Under the pieces are notes generated by a model. That model was given only the letters and a program-made list of their open reading frames with translations. It was not told the origin of the DNA and ran no database searches. DNA of 39,234 bases, from NCBI GenBank assembly GCA_051275585.1, contig JBNMNM010000002.1, positions 1 to 39,234 of the forward strand, written 5' to 3'. The translations under genes were made by a program, and so were the position numbers. Shown here piece after piece: positions 24,924 through 33,509 of the stretch; within the stretch, counting starts at the first letter, position 1; each line of letters begins with the position of its first letter. The stretch comes from a bacterium. GTDB lineage: Bacteria > SAR324 > XYD2-FULL-50-16 > JBNMNM01.

Positions 24924-26150
24924 TTAAAAAAAGTTTTTTAATAATCCTTTAAAATTACTAAGAACACTTGCATAAGTATTTTCAGGATTTGCCGTTTTTG
25001 AATAAATAATATCAGAACTATTTTGAGCACCGTATCTTACAAGACCAACTGCTGTTGCATACATTGGAGAACTAACCAGTTCATTTAAACCACCAACATT
25101 GATAGGACTTCCAATCCGAACAGGCATATTTAAAACTTCTGATGCAAGTGTATCTAATCTAGAAAGCAGTGATGAACCACCTGTTAAAACTACTCCTGTA
25201 GCACTTGTCGGACCATATCCAGAAACATCAATTTCTTGAGCAATAAGTTCGAAAATTTCTCGAAAACGAGCTTCTAATACTTCAGTAAGTAAATGTTTGC
25301 TAATAATTCTTTCTTGCCGACCTGAGATTCCTGAGACTGTAATTATTTCATCATCTCGAACTGATTTTTTTAAAGCTGTTCCAAATTCATGTTTAATTCG
25401 TAGTGCTTCAGTTCTAGGTGCTCTTAGTCCAACAGAGATATCATTGGTAACTTGGTTCCCACCAATAGGTAAAACACTAGTATAAACAATTGCTTCATTT
25501 CGATAAATAACCATATCAGTAGTTCCACCACCAATATCTAATAAAATAACACCTAACTCTTTTTCTTCTCGCTCTAAAACAGCAAGACTAGAAGCCAAAG
25601 GCTCTAAGACAATCGAAATAACATTAAGTCCAGCTTCTTTACAACATTCAATAATATTTGTGGCTGAAGTTACAGCACCTAATACAATATGAACCTTTGC
25701 CTGTAATCGTTTTCCTGCCATTCCAATAGGATCTTTAATCCCATCTTGACCATCAACAATATACTCTTGTGATAGTGTATGAATAATATCTTTATCAGGA
25801 GCATTAAAAGCTCTTGCAGACTCAATAACTCTTTGGATATCTGATTCTGTGATTGTTGTACCTTTTACAGCAACAACACCTTCACTATTGATCCCTTGAA
25901 TATGGTGGCCAGCGATCCCTGCATAAACATTTTCAATTTTAATCCCAGATTTTAGCTCACAAGCAATAACAGCCTTTTTAATCGACTTTACTGCTGCACC
26001 AATATTGGCAACAACTCCTTTATTTAAACCTTCAGAAGGAGATGTTCCTATTCCGAGAATTCCTATATTTCCATCATTATCTAATTCGGCTGCGACCACA
26101 CAAATTTTTGTGGTACCAATATCCAGCCCAACTATAAGTTTGTTTTCCAC
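24924..26150 (-). CDS. ftsA: cell division protein FtsA
   Basis: 408 aa. Actin/Hsp70-fold phosphate motifs VGLDIGTTKI and LLDIGGGTTD. C-terminal amphipathic helix ...FKGLLKNFF. GTG start at 26150. Confidence 0.95.
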   Translation of the reverse strand: MENKLIVGLDIGTTKICVVAAELDNDGNIGILGIGTSPSEGLNKGVVANIGAAVKSIKKAVIACELKSGIKIENVYAGIAGHHIQGINSEGVVAVKGTTITESDIQRVIESARAFNAPDKDIIHTLSQEYIVDGQDGIKDPIGMAGKRLQAKVHIVLGAVTSATNIIECCKEAGLNVISIVLEPLASSLAVLEREEKELGVILLDIGGGTTDMVIYRNEAIVYTSVLPIGGNQVTNDISVGLRAPRTEALRIKHEFGTALKKSVRDDEIITVSGISGRQERIISKHLLTEVLEARFREIFELIAQEIDVSGYGPTSATGVVLTGGSSLLSRLDTLASEVLNMPVRIGSPINVGGLNELVSSPMYATAVGLVRYGAQNSSDIIYSKTANPENTYASVLSNFKGLLKNFF

Positions 26151-26211
26151 AAAGAACCCTTGTTGCTATTTTGTTTTTTACTGATTAAGGCAGGTTACTT
26201 AGGATCAAAAA

Positions 26212-26406
26212 AAGAATAACTTATACAAATCTCATCTAGCTGATGATGAAACTAAATGCTTGGAAAAATAAAGTTGTATAAGTTATTTTTCAGCTGTTCC
26301 TAAGAATTAGAAGAAGAATAACTTATATAAATTGCATCTAGTTGATAGTGAGACTAAACGCTTTGAAAAATAAAGTTGTATAAGTTATTTTTCAGGCGTT
26401 CCTTAG
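26212..26406. repeat. two tandem 102-bp units, each with 14-bp inverted arms (long hairpin) followed by a T-run
   Basis: 26212-26304 matches 26314-26406 with 12 mismatches in 93 nt. The 31-nt block 26263-26293 is identical to 26365-26395. Arms are AATAACTTATACAA (26215-26228) / TTGTATAAGTTATT (26274-26287) in unit 1, and 26317-26330 / 26376-26389 in unit 2. Confidence 0.88.
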
Positions 26407-26708
26407 CCACAATTGTTTAATTCTGTTCGTCGAATCCCTAAATAAAACTGCGATCCCTTAAAAAAGCATTGACTTAAATTTTATTTAGTGGATTAGGTAG
26501 GCAACTTTAAGGAAAAAAGAATCTTCTTTCTTGATAAGTCTCGCTATATGCGAACCTAAAAGGCAAGGTCAAATTTAAAATAATATATCCACGAATAAAC
26601 AACACTTGTCAATATCATTTAAAACCCCATATTTATCAAAAAATAGATTTTTTCCTCATTCTTTCAAAGATGTAATTATTTTGACTTTATGAATTATGTG
26701 AGTCAAAC

Positions 26709-27191
26709 ATGCAAACTAAAATATTCCATTTTGTTATTATTCTTGCTTTTACAGGATTAGATCAACTTATAAAAGTCCTAGTCCGAAAATTTATGACTTT
26801 TCAAACTAATATTGAATTAATTCCTTCTTTAATTAATTTAGTTTATGTTGAAAATAAAGGAGTTTCATTTAGTTTTTTAGGAAATTTACCTGATAATATT
26901 CGTGTTCCTTTGCTAGTTGGAATTTCATCATTAGTTGTTTTAGGAATTCTAACTTACCTTTATCGATCATGGGAAACACAGTTGTTGTGGGAAAAATGGG
27001 GATATTCCTTAATTATTTCTGGGGCAATAGGCAATCTAATTGATCGTGCATTTCGTCAGTCTGTAACTGATTATATGTACTTCCATTTTGGAAATAGAGG
27101 CTTTTTTGTAAATAATTTAGCTGATGACTTTATTAGTATTGGTTTTGTAATCCTACTTTGGAAAAGTTTTCAAAAAAAAGAAGGGGAATAA
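26709..27191 (+). CDS. lspA: lipoprotein signal peptidase (signal peptidase II)
   Basis: 160 aa with 4 TM segments. Conserved motifs NKGVSFSFL and GAIGNLIDR.....VTDYMYF. Confidence 0.9.
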   Translation: MQTKIFHFVIILAFTGLDQLIKVLVRKFMTFQTNIELIPSLINLVYVENKGVSFSFLGNLPDNIRVPLLVGISSLVVLGILTYLYRSWETQLLWEKWGYSLIISGAIGNLIDRAFRQSVTDYMYFHFGNRGFFVNNLADDFISIGFVILLWKSFQKKEGE

Positions 27192-28966
27192 TGGCGGCAG
27201 AAAATGCACTACGCTCTACAAGAGACTTCTTAAATCGCTTATATCAAGCAGGCGAACTTCTAGTTATTGAAGACGAAGTTGATCCAAATTTAGAATTAGC
27301 ACAAATTCAAAAAGAAGTTGTGCAAAGAAAAGGACCTGCATTACTTTTTAAAAAAGTAAAAGGAACTCCATTTCCAATGGCAACTAATCTATATGGATCG
27401 ACTCGTAGATTAGAAATTGCTTTTGGTGATCGTCCTTTTAAATTTATTAAAGAATCGGTTGAACTGCTAACAAATTTATTCCCTCCTTCTTTTGATAAAG
27501 TTTGGGGTGGGAAAAATTTAGCTTTGCAAGCAATGAAAATCGGATTAGATCGAAGAAAAAATGGTGCAGTTTGGAATAATTCGATTAGTCCTGTTAACTT
27601 GCAGACGCTTCCACAATTAAAAAGTTGGCCTGAAGATGGTGGTGGTTTTATCACATACCCTCTTGTTTATACAGAAAGTCCAAGTACAGGGAAAGGAAAC
27701 CTCGGAATGTATCGAGTGCAAATGCATGATGAAACTCATGCAGGAATGCACATCCAGATTCATCGAGGTGGTGGTTTTCATTATCATGAAGCTGAACTAA
27801 AGAATGAAGCATTGCCTGCTAGTGTATTTGTTGGAGGGCCTCCAGCATTAACTATTGCTGCAATTGCTCCACTTCCAGAAGATATTCCAGAACTAATTTT
27901 TGCCTCTTTATTAATGGGAAAACGATTAGCTGTTGGAAAACCAGAAGATGCTCTAACTCAAGTTGTATTGGATGCTGATTTTTGTATTCAAGGATTAATT
28001 CCGCCACATAAGCGAATGCCAGAAGGCCCTTTTGGCGATCACTATGGATACTATTCATTACAACATGATTATCCATACATGGATGTTCAATCGATCCATT
28101 ATCGTGATAATGCCGTTTTTCCTGCTACTGTAGTTGGCCGTCCACCACAAGAAGATCATTACATTGCAGAATTTCTTCAAGATATTCTAGAGCCTTTAAT
28201 CACAATGGTGATGCCAAATGTGAAAAAGCTTTGGGCTTATGAAGAATCAGGAGTTCACTCTTTAGCAGCTGCAATTGTAAAAGAGCGTTATCGAAAAGAA
28301 GCGTTTACTACTGCAATGCGGATTTTAGGCGAAGGACAATTGTCGTTAACTAAATTCTTAATTGTAACAGATCAAGATTGTAATTTAAAAGATTTCCGTA
28401 GCTTTTTTGAGCTTGTTTTAGAAAGAGCAGATTTCAAAACAGATTTGTTTATTCTTTCTAATATTTCACAAGATACGCTTGATTATACAGGGCCAGAAGT
28501 AAATAAAGGAAGTAAAGCAATTTTACTTGGTTTAGGAAAAGAGAAAAAGAAGAATCTTGTTGAGCATTGGGGAGGAAGTTTTAAAGATAGTGGATTCTCC
28601 TATGCAAAAATGTTCTGTAAAGGTGTGCTATGTGTGAAAGGTGATCCTTATGCACTCAAAAAAGATTTAGCTCAAGAATTAGTAAAAGAACCTGATATTC
28701 AAAACTTCTCTGTAGTTTGTTTAGTTGATGATCCTAATGAAGCAGTAAAATCAGGAGAAGATTTCATTTGGCATATTTTTACTCGATTTGAACCAGCCGC
28801 AGATATTTATGGAAATACTCAAGTTGAGCGTTTTCATATTGGAATTGAAGGGCCAGTTATTATTGATTGTCGGATGAAGCCTTGGTATCCAAAAGCTCTT
28901 GAGGATGATCCAAAAGTAGCAAAACAAGTAGAAGAAAAATGGAAACACCTATTTAATCAGATGTAA
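27191..28966 (+). CDS. UbiD-family (prenylated-FMN dependent) decarboxylase, possibly the menaquinone/futalosine-associated subfamily
   Basis: The track ORF opens at 27158. I prefer the ATG at 27191 (MAAENALRSTRDF...), which overlaps the lspA TAA by 1 nt and follows an AAGGGG Shine-Dalgarno. UbiD-like blocks include GPALLFKKVKG..FPMATNLYGS, GGGFITYPLV.T, NLGMYR.Q and FVGGPPA. The subfamily assignment is an inference. Confidence 0.82.
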   Translation: MAAENALRSTRDFLNRLYQAGELLVIEDEVDPNLELAQIQKEVVQRKGPALLFKKVKGTPFPMATNLYGSTRRLEIAFGDRPFKFIKESVELLTNLFPPSFDKVWGGKNLALQAMKIGLDRRKNGAVWNNSISPVNLQTLPQLKSWPEDGGGFITYPLVYTESPSTGKGNLGMYRVQMHDETHAGMHIQIHRGGGFHYHEAELKNEALPASVFVGGPPALTIAAIAPLPEDIPELIFASLLMGKRLAVGKPEDALTQVVLDADFCIQGLIPPHKRMPEGPFGDHYGYYSLQHDYPYMDVQSIHYRDNAVFPATVVGRPPQEDHYIAEFLQDILEPLITMVMPNVKKLWAYEESGVHSLAAAIVKERYRKEAFTTAMRILGEGQLSLTKFLIVTDQDCNLKDFRSFFELVLERADFKTDLFILSNISQDTLDYTGPEVNKGSKAILLGLGKEKKKNLVEHWGGSFKDSGFSYAKMFCKGVLCVKGDPYALKKDLAQELVKEPDIQNFSVVCLVDDPNEAVKSGEDFIWHIFTRFEPAADIYGNTQVERFHIGIEGPVIIDCRMKPWYPKALEDDPKVAKQVEEKWKHLFNQM

Positions 28967-30497
28967 ACTGTCGAGTTAACATATTACATTGATTTGGAAG
29001 TGTTTTGTTTTTTAAAAGATAGTTAAAAAGTTGCTTTTGATAAACTTCATAAGCAACTTTGACTATTTTTTTCTTCTTTAAAAATAAAGGTGCAAGAAGT
29101 CCTTTCCCACCATGAAAATGATAGTCACTAATCAAAGTGAAATATTTTTTCTCCCACTGCAATTTATCCAAAAAAAATGATTTTGATTTTTTTGTAATCT
29201 TGTTTTTAAGAGCTTGATTATAGAAATAAGAGAATAAAAATTTCTGTTTTCTCTTCTTTCTTGAAATTAAAATTTGGATTTCACGTTGATTGAGCTGAAT
29301 TTGAATTGTTCGATTCTGATATGGCAACCAACGGAAAATATGTTTTCGAGAAATCACATCATTTGTTTTGATGCTATTTCGAAAAATTTTGATGTAAGGA
29401 TGAAGAGTTATATCAGTAAATTTATTTTTTGTTGCCTGCGAAAGTAACGTATTGATGCAATATTCTAATTTTTTTCGAGATCTTCCTTCATACTTCCACA
29501 AAGTTTTTTTATCAATATAGTTGAGATAACTTATCGGTAATTTTTTTTTATAGTCTTTAGAACTTGGATGATAAGAAATCGCATTATAACGATGATGCTT
29601 AACTTTAGATAAATGCCATTTTGTCTTTATTTGTTTTAATTCTGCTTGAAGATGAATTACATGCCTTCCCCAACTACCTGCCTCAATAATCGGAACTCCT
29701 GCAATATAGCGAAGTTGATTTTTCCTTGAAATTAAATGGTCATGTCCTGAAATAATAAAACTAAACTGAGGATACTGTTGAGCAATTCGTTTGATTGTAT
29801 TTGAAAGCGGTTGTAAATTTACACGACTTGCAAATGAATCTCGTTTTAATCTTCGCCCAATATGAAATAAACCAATTAAAATATCTGGTTTTTCTTGTTT
29901 CTCAATTTTTTTGAGCCAGTATGGAATTGCATCTAATGGATCTTGAATTTTTAGGTGAGTATACTTTTTAGGATGAATCCACATTTTTACACCAATTGTA
30001 GTCATTCCTAGAATAACAATTTTTACTCCTTTTCTTTGGATACTAAGATAAGGCCGAATCCATTTTGATGGGTTTAGGTTTCCTGCAAGCCAAGTGAAGT
30101 TAGAGTTTGGAAGGTAGTATTTTTCTAGTAGTGGATTAATTTCGAGGTCATGATTGCCAATTGTAATGGCAGTATAATTGAGTTTTTTTAGTTCTTGAAA
30201 AAATAAATCTTGTTTAAGTCTATTTTTATGATGAAGAAAGTGAGTAAAAGGTGAGCCTGAAAGAGTATCACCTGCATCAAGAAGAACAAGATTTGGATCA
30301 AGTTCTCGAAGCTGTTTGATGATTGGTTTGATATGAAGAAGTCCTGATGCTTTTCTTCGATCAGGATAGATCAACTGTGTGGATAACCAACCATGCAAAT
30401 CTGATGTGATTGCAAAGTTGATTATTTTTTTAGGTGTAGCAAAAAGATAGCTAGGAAAAATTAACAAAAAGAAACATTTTAAATAAATGTTTTTCAT
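28953..30497 (-). CDS. secreted calcineurin-like metallophosphoesterase (5'-nucleotidase/CpdB-like N-terminal domain)
   Basis: 514 aa with a signal peptide. Metallophosphoesterase motifs ITSDLHG, DAGDTLSGS, GNHD and SGHDH. The 3' end overlaps the convergent UbiD-family gene by 14 nt. Confidence 0.78.
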   Translation of the reverse strand: MKNIYLKCFFLLIFPSYLFATPKKIINFAITSDLHGWLSTQLIYPDRRKASGLLHIKPIIKQLRELDPNLVLLDAGDTLSGSPFTHFLHHKNRLKQDLFFQELKKLNYTAITIGNHDLEINPLLEKYYLPNSNFTWLAGNLNPSKWIRPYLSIQRKGVKIVILGMTTIGVKMWIHPKKYTHLKIQDPLDAIPYWLKKIEKQEKPDILIGLFHIGRRLKRDSFASRVNLQPLSNTIKRIAQQYPQFSFIISGHDHLISRKNQLRYIAGVPIIEAGSWGRHVIHLQAELKQIKTKWHLSKVKHHRYNAISYHPSSKDYKKKLPISYLNYIDKKTLWKYEGRSRKKLEYCINTLLSQATKNKFTDITLHPYIKIFRNSIKTNDVISRKHIFRWLPYQNRTIQIQLNQREIQILISRKKRKQKFLFSYFYNQALKNKITKKSKSFFLDKLQWEKKYFTLISDYHFHGGKGLLAPLFLKKKKIVKVAYEVYQKQLFNYLLKNKTLPNQCNMLTRQFTSD

Positions 30498-31774
30498 TTT
30501 GAAATCATTTTTGCCGCATACATAATATTTCCGTCCAAAGTTGGTGGAGAAAAATAATGTCCAATCTCTCCATGTGAAAAGGAAAGAGGTTTTTGCTCAA
30601 GTATAAAATTAGGATTTTTTTCTAAGAACTTTTGAATTACATCTTCATTTTCTTCAAGATGAATAGAGCATGTTGAATACACAAGAGATCCACCAGACAT
30701 CACTTCTTTAGAAGCATTTTCTAAAATTTCAAGTTGTTGTTTTTGAAAATTGAGGATGTCTTCTTGAGTATAATACCAACGAACCTCAGGATTTCTACTC
30801 CAAGTTCCAGAACTACTACAAGGAGCATCAACTAAAACTCCATTAAAACGAAATTCTCTAGGTGGTTCTTGAATTCCATCCCATTCTTGAACAGTAACGT
30901 TTTTAGTATTTGTTCGAGTTACTCTTTTTCTCATTTCTTGAATAGAATAAGGACGAATTTCTGTAGCTAAAATTTTTCCTTTTCCTTTCATTAATCGACT
31001 TAAATGCAAACTTTTTCCACCTGCTCCTGCACAGACATCCCACCAAGTCTCTTTTGATTTTGGATCACAGAACCAGCCAATTGCTTGTGATGAAATATCT
31101 TGAATTTCCAATTGTCCTTTTTTAAACCACGAAAGTTGAGTGATTTGTAGAGGAGAAAAAATGGCTATACAGTTAATAAATTCAGGATGAACTTGATGTA
31201 TAACATCATTTTTTTCCAAAAATTTAACAACAAATTCTTGGATATTAGGATCTACTCGAAGCCAAGTTGGTGTTCTTTTTTGAATATGATCAATGTACTG
31301 AAGTGCTGACTTGCTAAAGCTAGGAACTAGTTCTTCTATCGAAATATTTTGATGGATTTTCTGGATCAAATCAAATTTTTCTGAGACGGTTTCTGCTTTT
31401 TGGATTTGTTGAAGAAAAGTTTCATCAATTTTTTCTTCTTCTGCCCAAAACTGAATTAATGGCTCAACTGGATTTTTATCTAACAGATAGCCTAATAATA
31501 AAGCTAAGGAAGGTGATTCAACAGATTTTAACCAACCATACCAGCGGTAAAATCCAAAAACTGAGTTGCTAATTAGCCTTCGATCCTTAGAACCAAATTT
31601 TTTATTTTGGCGGAAATAGCCTGAAATAAAGCGATCAACTGGTTTTTTGCGAGAAAAAACATCTTTAGTTAATGCAAGAATCTCAGTAACAATTGAGATA
31701 CGACGAGAGAATAAATTTTGATTGGTTTGCATGAAGTGCAGGGGAGTCAAAGAAAGTATTTTTGGATTGTCCAA
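30494..31774 (-). CDS. rsmB: NOL1/NOP2/Sun-family rRNA (cytosine-C5) methyltransferase
   Basis: 426 aa. SAM motif DVCAGAGGKS and the catalytic Cys motifs LVDAPCSSSGTW and LVYSTCS. The TTG start at 31774 is uncertain; there is an in-frame ATG 14 codons downstream. The symbol is given by family and size only. Confidence 0.75.
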   Translation of the reverse strand: MDNPKILSLTPLHFMQTNQNLFSRRISIVTEILALTKDVFSRKKPVDRFISGYFRQNKKFGSKDRRLISNSVFGFYRWYGWLKSVESPSLALLLGYLLDKNPVEPLIQFWAEEEKIDETFLQQIQKAETVSEKFDLIQKIHQNISIEELVPSFSKSALQYIDHIQKRTPTWLRVDPNIQEFVVKFLEKNDVIHQVHPEFINCIAIFSPLQITQLSWFKKGQLEIQDISSQAIGWFCDPKSKETWWDVCAGAGGKSLHLSRLMKGKGKILATEIRPYSIQEMRKRVTRTNTKNVTVQEWDGIQEPPREFRFNGVLVDAPCSSSGTWSRNPEVRWYYTQEDILNFQKQQLEILENASKEVMSGGSLVYSTCSIHLEENEDVIQKFLEKNPNFILEQKPLSFSHGEIGHYFSPPTLDGNIMYAAKMISK

Positions 31775-31779
31775 AGATT

Positions 31780-31801
31780 AGGAGAGGAAAGTTCCTCTCC
31801 T
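31780..31801 (-). terminator. GC-rich hairpin between hpf and the rsmB-like gene (candidate terminator/attenuator)
   Basis: AGGAGAGG (31780-31787) pairs with CCTCTCCT (31794-31801) around a 6-nt loop. It sits in the 43-nt gap after the hpf stop. No clean U-tract follows on the minus strand, so termination is uncertain. Confidence 0.4.
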
Positions 31802-31817
31802 TCTAGCAGGAAAAATC

Positions 31818-32147
31818 TTAAGCAAGTTGGTTTTTTCGTTCTTCTTCTTTTGCTAATTTTTGTCCGTGTCGATCTCGTTTAGATTTCTTAACTTGTGATT
31901 CTAATTTAGTCACACAAAGGTCAATTGCTTTATACATGTTTTGAGGATCATCTGCTTCTGAATTGTGTAAATGTCCATCACCTTTGAGTGTTGCATGAAT
32001 ATGATAAAGATGTTTTTCTACATTGAGGTGGATGTCTACAGTAATACTACGATCATAAAACTTATTTATCTTGTCCATCTTTTCTTCAATATAACTTTTT
32101 AGAGCATCTGTAAGCTCCATTTGCTTTGCTGAAATGTTGATTTCCAT
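31818..32147 (-). CDS. hpf: ribosome hibernation promoting factor / RaiA family (short form)
   Basis: 109 aa. MEINISAKQMELTDALKSYIEEK..K...Y.......V.L........H.......G........D.YKAIDL...KLE.Q..K matches the sigma-54-modulation/HPF family pattern. Confidence 0.9.
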   Translation of the reverse strand: MEINISAKQMELTDALKSYIEEKMDKINKFYDRSITVDIHLNVEKHLYHIHATLKGDGHLHNSEADDPQNMYKAIDLCVTKLESQVKKSKRDRHGQKLAKEEERKNQLA

Positions 32148-32610
32148 TCATTCTCCTTAGTGATATAATGAAAAATAAGTTACAATAATGGTTATCGTTG
32201 TTTTTTGTCGAACTAGCCTTTATTGGTAGGCAATCTTAGGTTTATTTTAATAAAAATGCTAGTATATTTTTGTAAGTCTTCAAGACTTCAAAAAGTAAGA
32301 CAATCCTAACAGAACTTTTAGGGTAATTGTAGTACTAAATTTTAAGTTTTTTGAGTTTTTGAACGTTGTTTTACTAACAAAATTTCATTTTTCTGATGAT
32401 AATGAAAATCAGATTTTTGTTTTCCAAAAAAAACTCTAATAAACTGAAAAAAAGCAATTATGCATTTTATTATTGCTAAGATAGTATATGGAGTGCAATA
32501 CAAAAACAAAGGATGGATTTAGGTCTGTCGTTTGCATTGTGTTCTAAAAAAAAACAGCTCAATTTATTAAAACTAATTCAAAGTTATAAATTAATTATTA
32601 GGTTAAATAT

Positions 32611-32952
32611 ATGGATTTCGATCACCGAATGGAAGGAGATATTTGTTTCATTTCGATCGATGGGAATATCGCATTGGATGGGACAAACGAAGTTAAAGAG
32701 TACTTAAAAACTTTCATGGAGGACGATAGCATTAATGCCCTAGTTCTTAACTTTGGAAAAGTAAACTTTATAGACTCTTCGGGAATTGGTTTAGTTGTTT
32801 CTGTTTTTAAAGCACTTCAGCAAAAAAAGATAAAATTTGCTTTAACAGAATTAAACCAAAAAAATCGGGAAATTTTTTGTATGACTCGATTAGATAAGAT
32901 TTTGAATATTATTGATGGTGATGAACAAGCATTAGAATTGTTGAAATCATAA
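32611..32952 (+). CDS. STAS-domain protein (anti-sigma-factor antagonist, SpoIIAA/RsbV-like)
   Basis: 113 aa. Has the phosphorylatable-serine motif VNFIDSSGIGLVV, and the length is typical. No partner anti-sigma kinase or phosphatase is in the window. Confidence 0.85.
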   Translation: MDFDHRMEGDICFISIDGNIALDGTNEVKEYLKTFMEDDSINALVLNFGKVNFIDSSGIGLVVSVFKALQQKKIKFALTELNQKNREIFCMTRLDKILNIIDGDEQALELLKS

Positions 32953-32958
32953 TCTATT

Positions 32959-32985
32959 GAAGAGATCGAAAGGTCTCTTTAATAA
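32959..32985 (+). terminator. candidate intrinsic terminator after the STAS gene
   Basis: Stem AAGAGATC / GGTCTCTT (32960-32967 / 32972-32979, one G.U pair) with a GAAA tetraloop, then TTAATAAAA. It starts 7 nt after the stop codon. Confidence 0.5.
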
Positions 32986-33110
32986 AAGATAAAGATATCA
33001 AACTCTCTTTCCTTAAAATAATAGAAAGATATCTAAATTTTTATGCTAGTATTTTTTTTTGAATGTATATCTAGGGGAATTTTTTCTTACTAGGGATGTG
33101 ATTTTTATAA

Positions 33111-33186
33111 TGGTATCTCCAAGGGGACTCGAACCCCTGTTGCCGCCGTGAAAGGGCGGTGTCCTAACCAGCTAGACGATGGAGAC
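33111..33186 (-). tRNA. tRNA-Glu (anticodon UUC), CCA encoded
   Basis: Reverse complement: GTCTCCA TC GTCT AGCTGGTTA GGAC A CCGCC CTTTCAC GGCGG CAAC AGGGG TTCGAGT CCCCT TGGAGAT A CCA. It folds by hand into a full 76-nt cloverleaf. Confidence 0.93.
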
Positions 33187-33216
33187 ACATTATTTTCTTG
33201 ATGCGTTAATTCTTAG

Positions 33217-33289
33217 TGAGCCGGGCGGGGGTCGAACCCACGACCACCTGATTAAAAGTCAGATGCTCTACCAACTGAGCTACCGGCCC
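33217..33289 (-). tRNA. tRNA-Lys (anticodon UUU), CCA not encoded
   Basis: Reverse complement: GGGCCGG TA GCTC AGTTGGTA GAGC A TCTGA CTTTTAA TCAGG TGGTC GTGGG TTCGACC CCCGC CCGGCTC A. It folds by hand into a 73-nt cloverleaf. Confidence 0.93.
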
Positions 33290-33308
33290 TTCGAACTAAC
33301 GAGGTGTA

Positions 33309-33337
33309 CATCTAGAGAATTCTTTAAGACCTGTCAA
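33309..33337 (-). promoter_or_regulatory. candidate sigma-70 promoter for the tRNA-Lys/tRNA-Glu unit
   Basis: On the minus strand there is a perfect -35 TTGACA (33337-33332), a 17-nt spacer and a weak -10 TAGATG (33314-33309). An A/T-rich UP-like tract lies upstream. The mature tRNA-Lys 5' end is about 20 nt downstream. Confidence 0.4.
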
Positions 33338-33509
33338 ATTTTTTTTTCAAAAAACTTCAAAAAAACTTCAAAGTTATAAAAAAGGTTAGATTTATGCTAA
33401 CCTAATCCCTAGCTAGGCCTTTCATTGAGCTGCTTTCCTATTGAAAGAGTGAATACCTCTTTGTAAGTAGTAATTTTCTTGAATCTTATTATATTGAGTA
33501 TGAGGTATA

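Noticed and set aside
26212-26406. Possible CRISPR array, because of a repeated 31-nt identical block.
   Set aside because: There are only two copies and the 'spacers' are 71 nt long and homologous to each other (about 80% identical). No cas genes are present. It is a tandem duplication of a hairpin element, not a CRISPR array.
26585-26593. DnaA-box-like ATATCCACG in the ftsA-lspA gap, raising the possibility of oriC.
   Set aside because: It is a single imperfect box (7 of 9 matches to TTATCCACA). There is no cluster of boxes, no dnaA/dnaN nearby and no obvious DNA unwinding element repeats.
28953-28966. 14-nt convergent 3' overlap of the UbiD-family gene and the metallophosphoesterase gene.
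   Set aside because: Short convergent overlaps are common in compact genomes. Both ORFs have intact family motifs, and nothing suggests a mis-assembly or a regulatory role.
31783-31794. GAGGAAAGTTCC resembles the universally conserved RNase P RNA P4 segment GAGGAAAGUCC.
   Set aside because: It is simply half of a 22-nt hairpin in a 43-nt intergenic gap. There is no space for an RNA of about 350 nt.
32513-32707. 64-aa plus-strand ORF upstream of, and overlapping, the STAS gene.
   Set aside because: It is out of frame with the well-supported STAS ORF (start 32611) and has no motifs or Shine-Dalgarno. It is probably spurious.
33111-33289. tRNA pair as the attachment site of an integrated island.
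   Set aside because: Both flanks are housekeeping genes (STAS/hpf on one side, mltB/holA/recD2 on the other). There is no integrase, no direct repeat of a tRNA 3' end and no visible compositional change.
33179-33379. 66-aa plus-strand ORF.
   Set aside because: It runs antisense through tRNA-Lys and the 5' end of tRNA-Glu. The tRNA cloverleaves explain the sequence.
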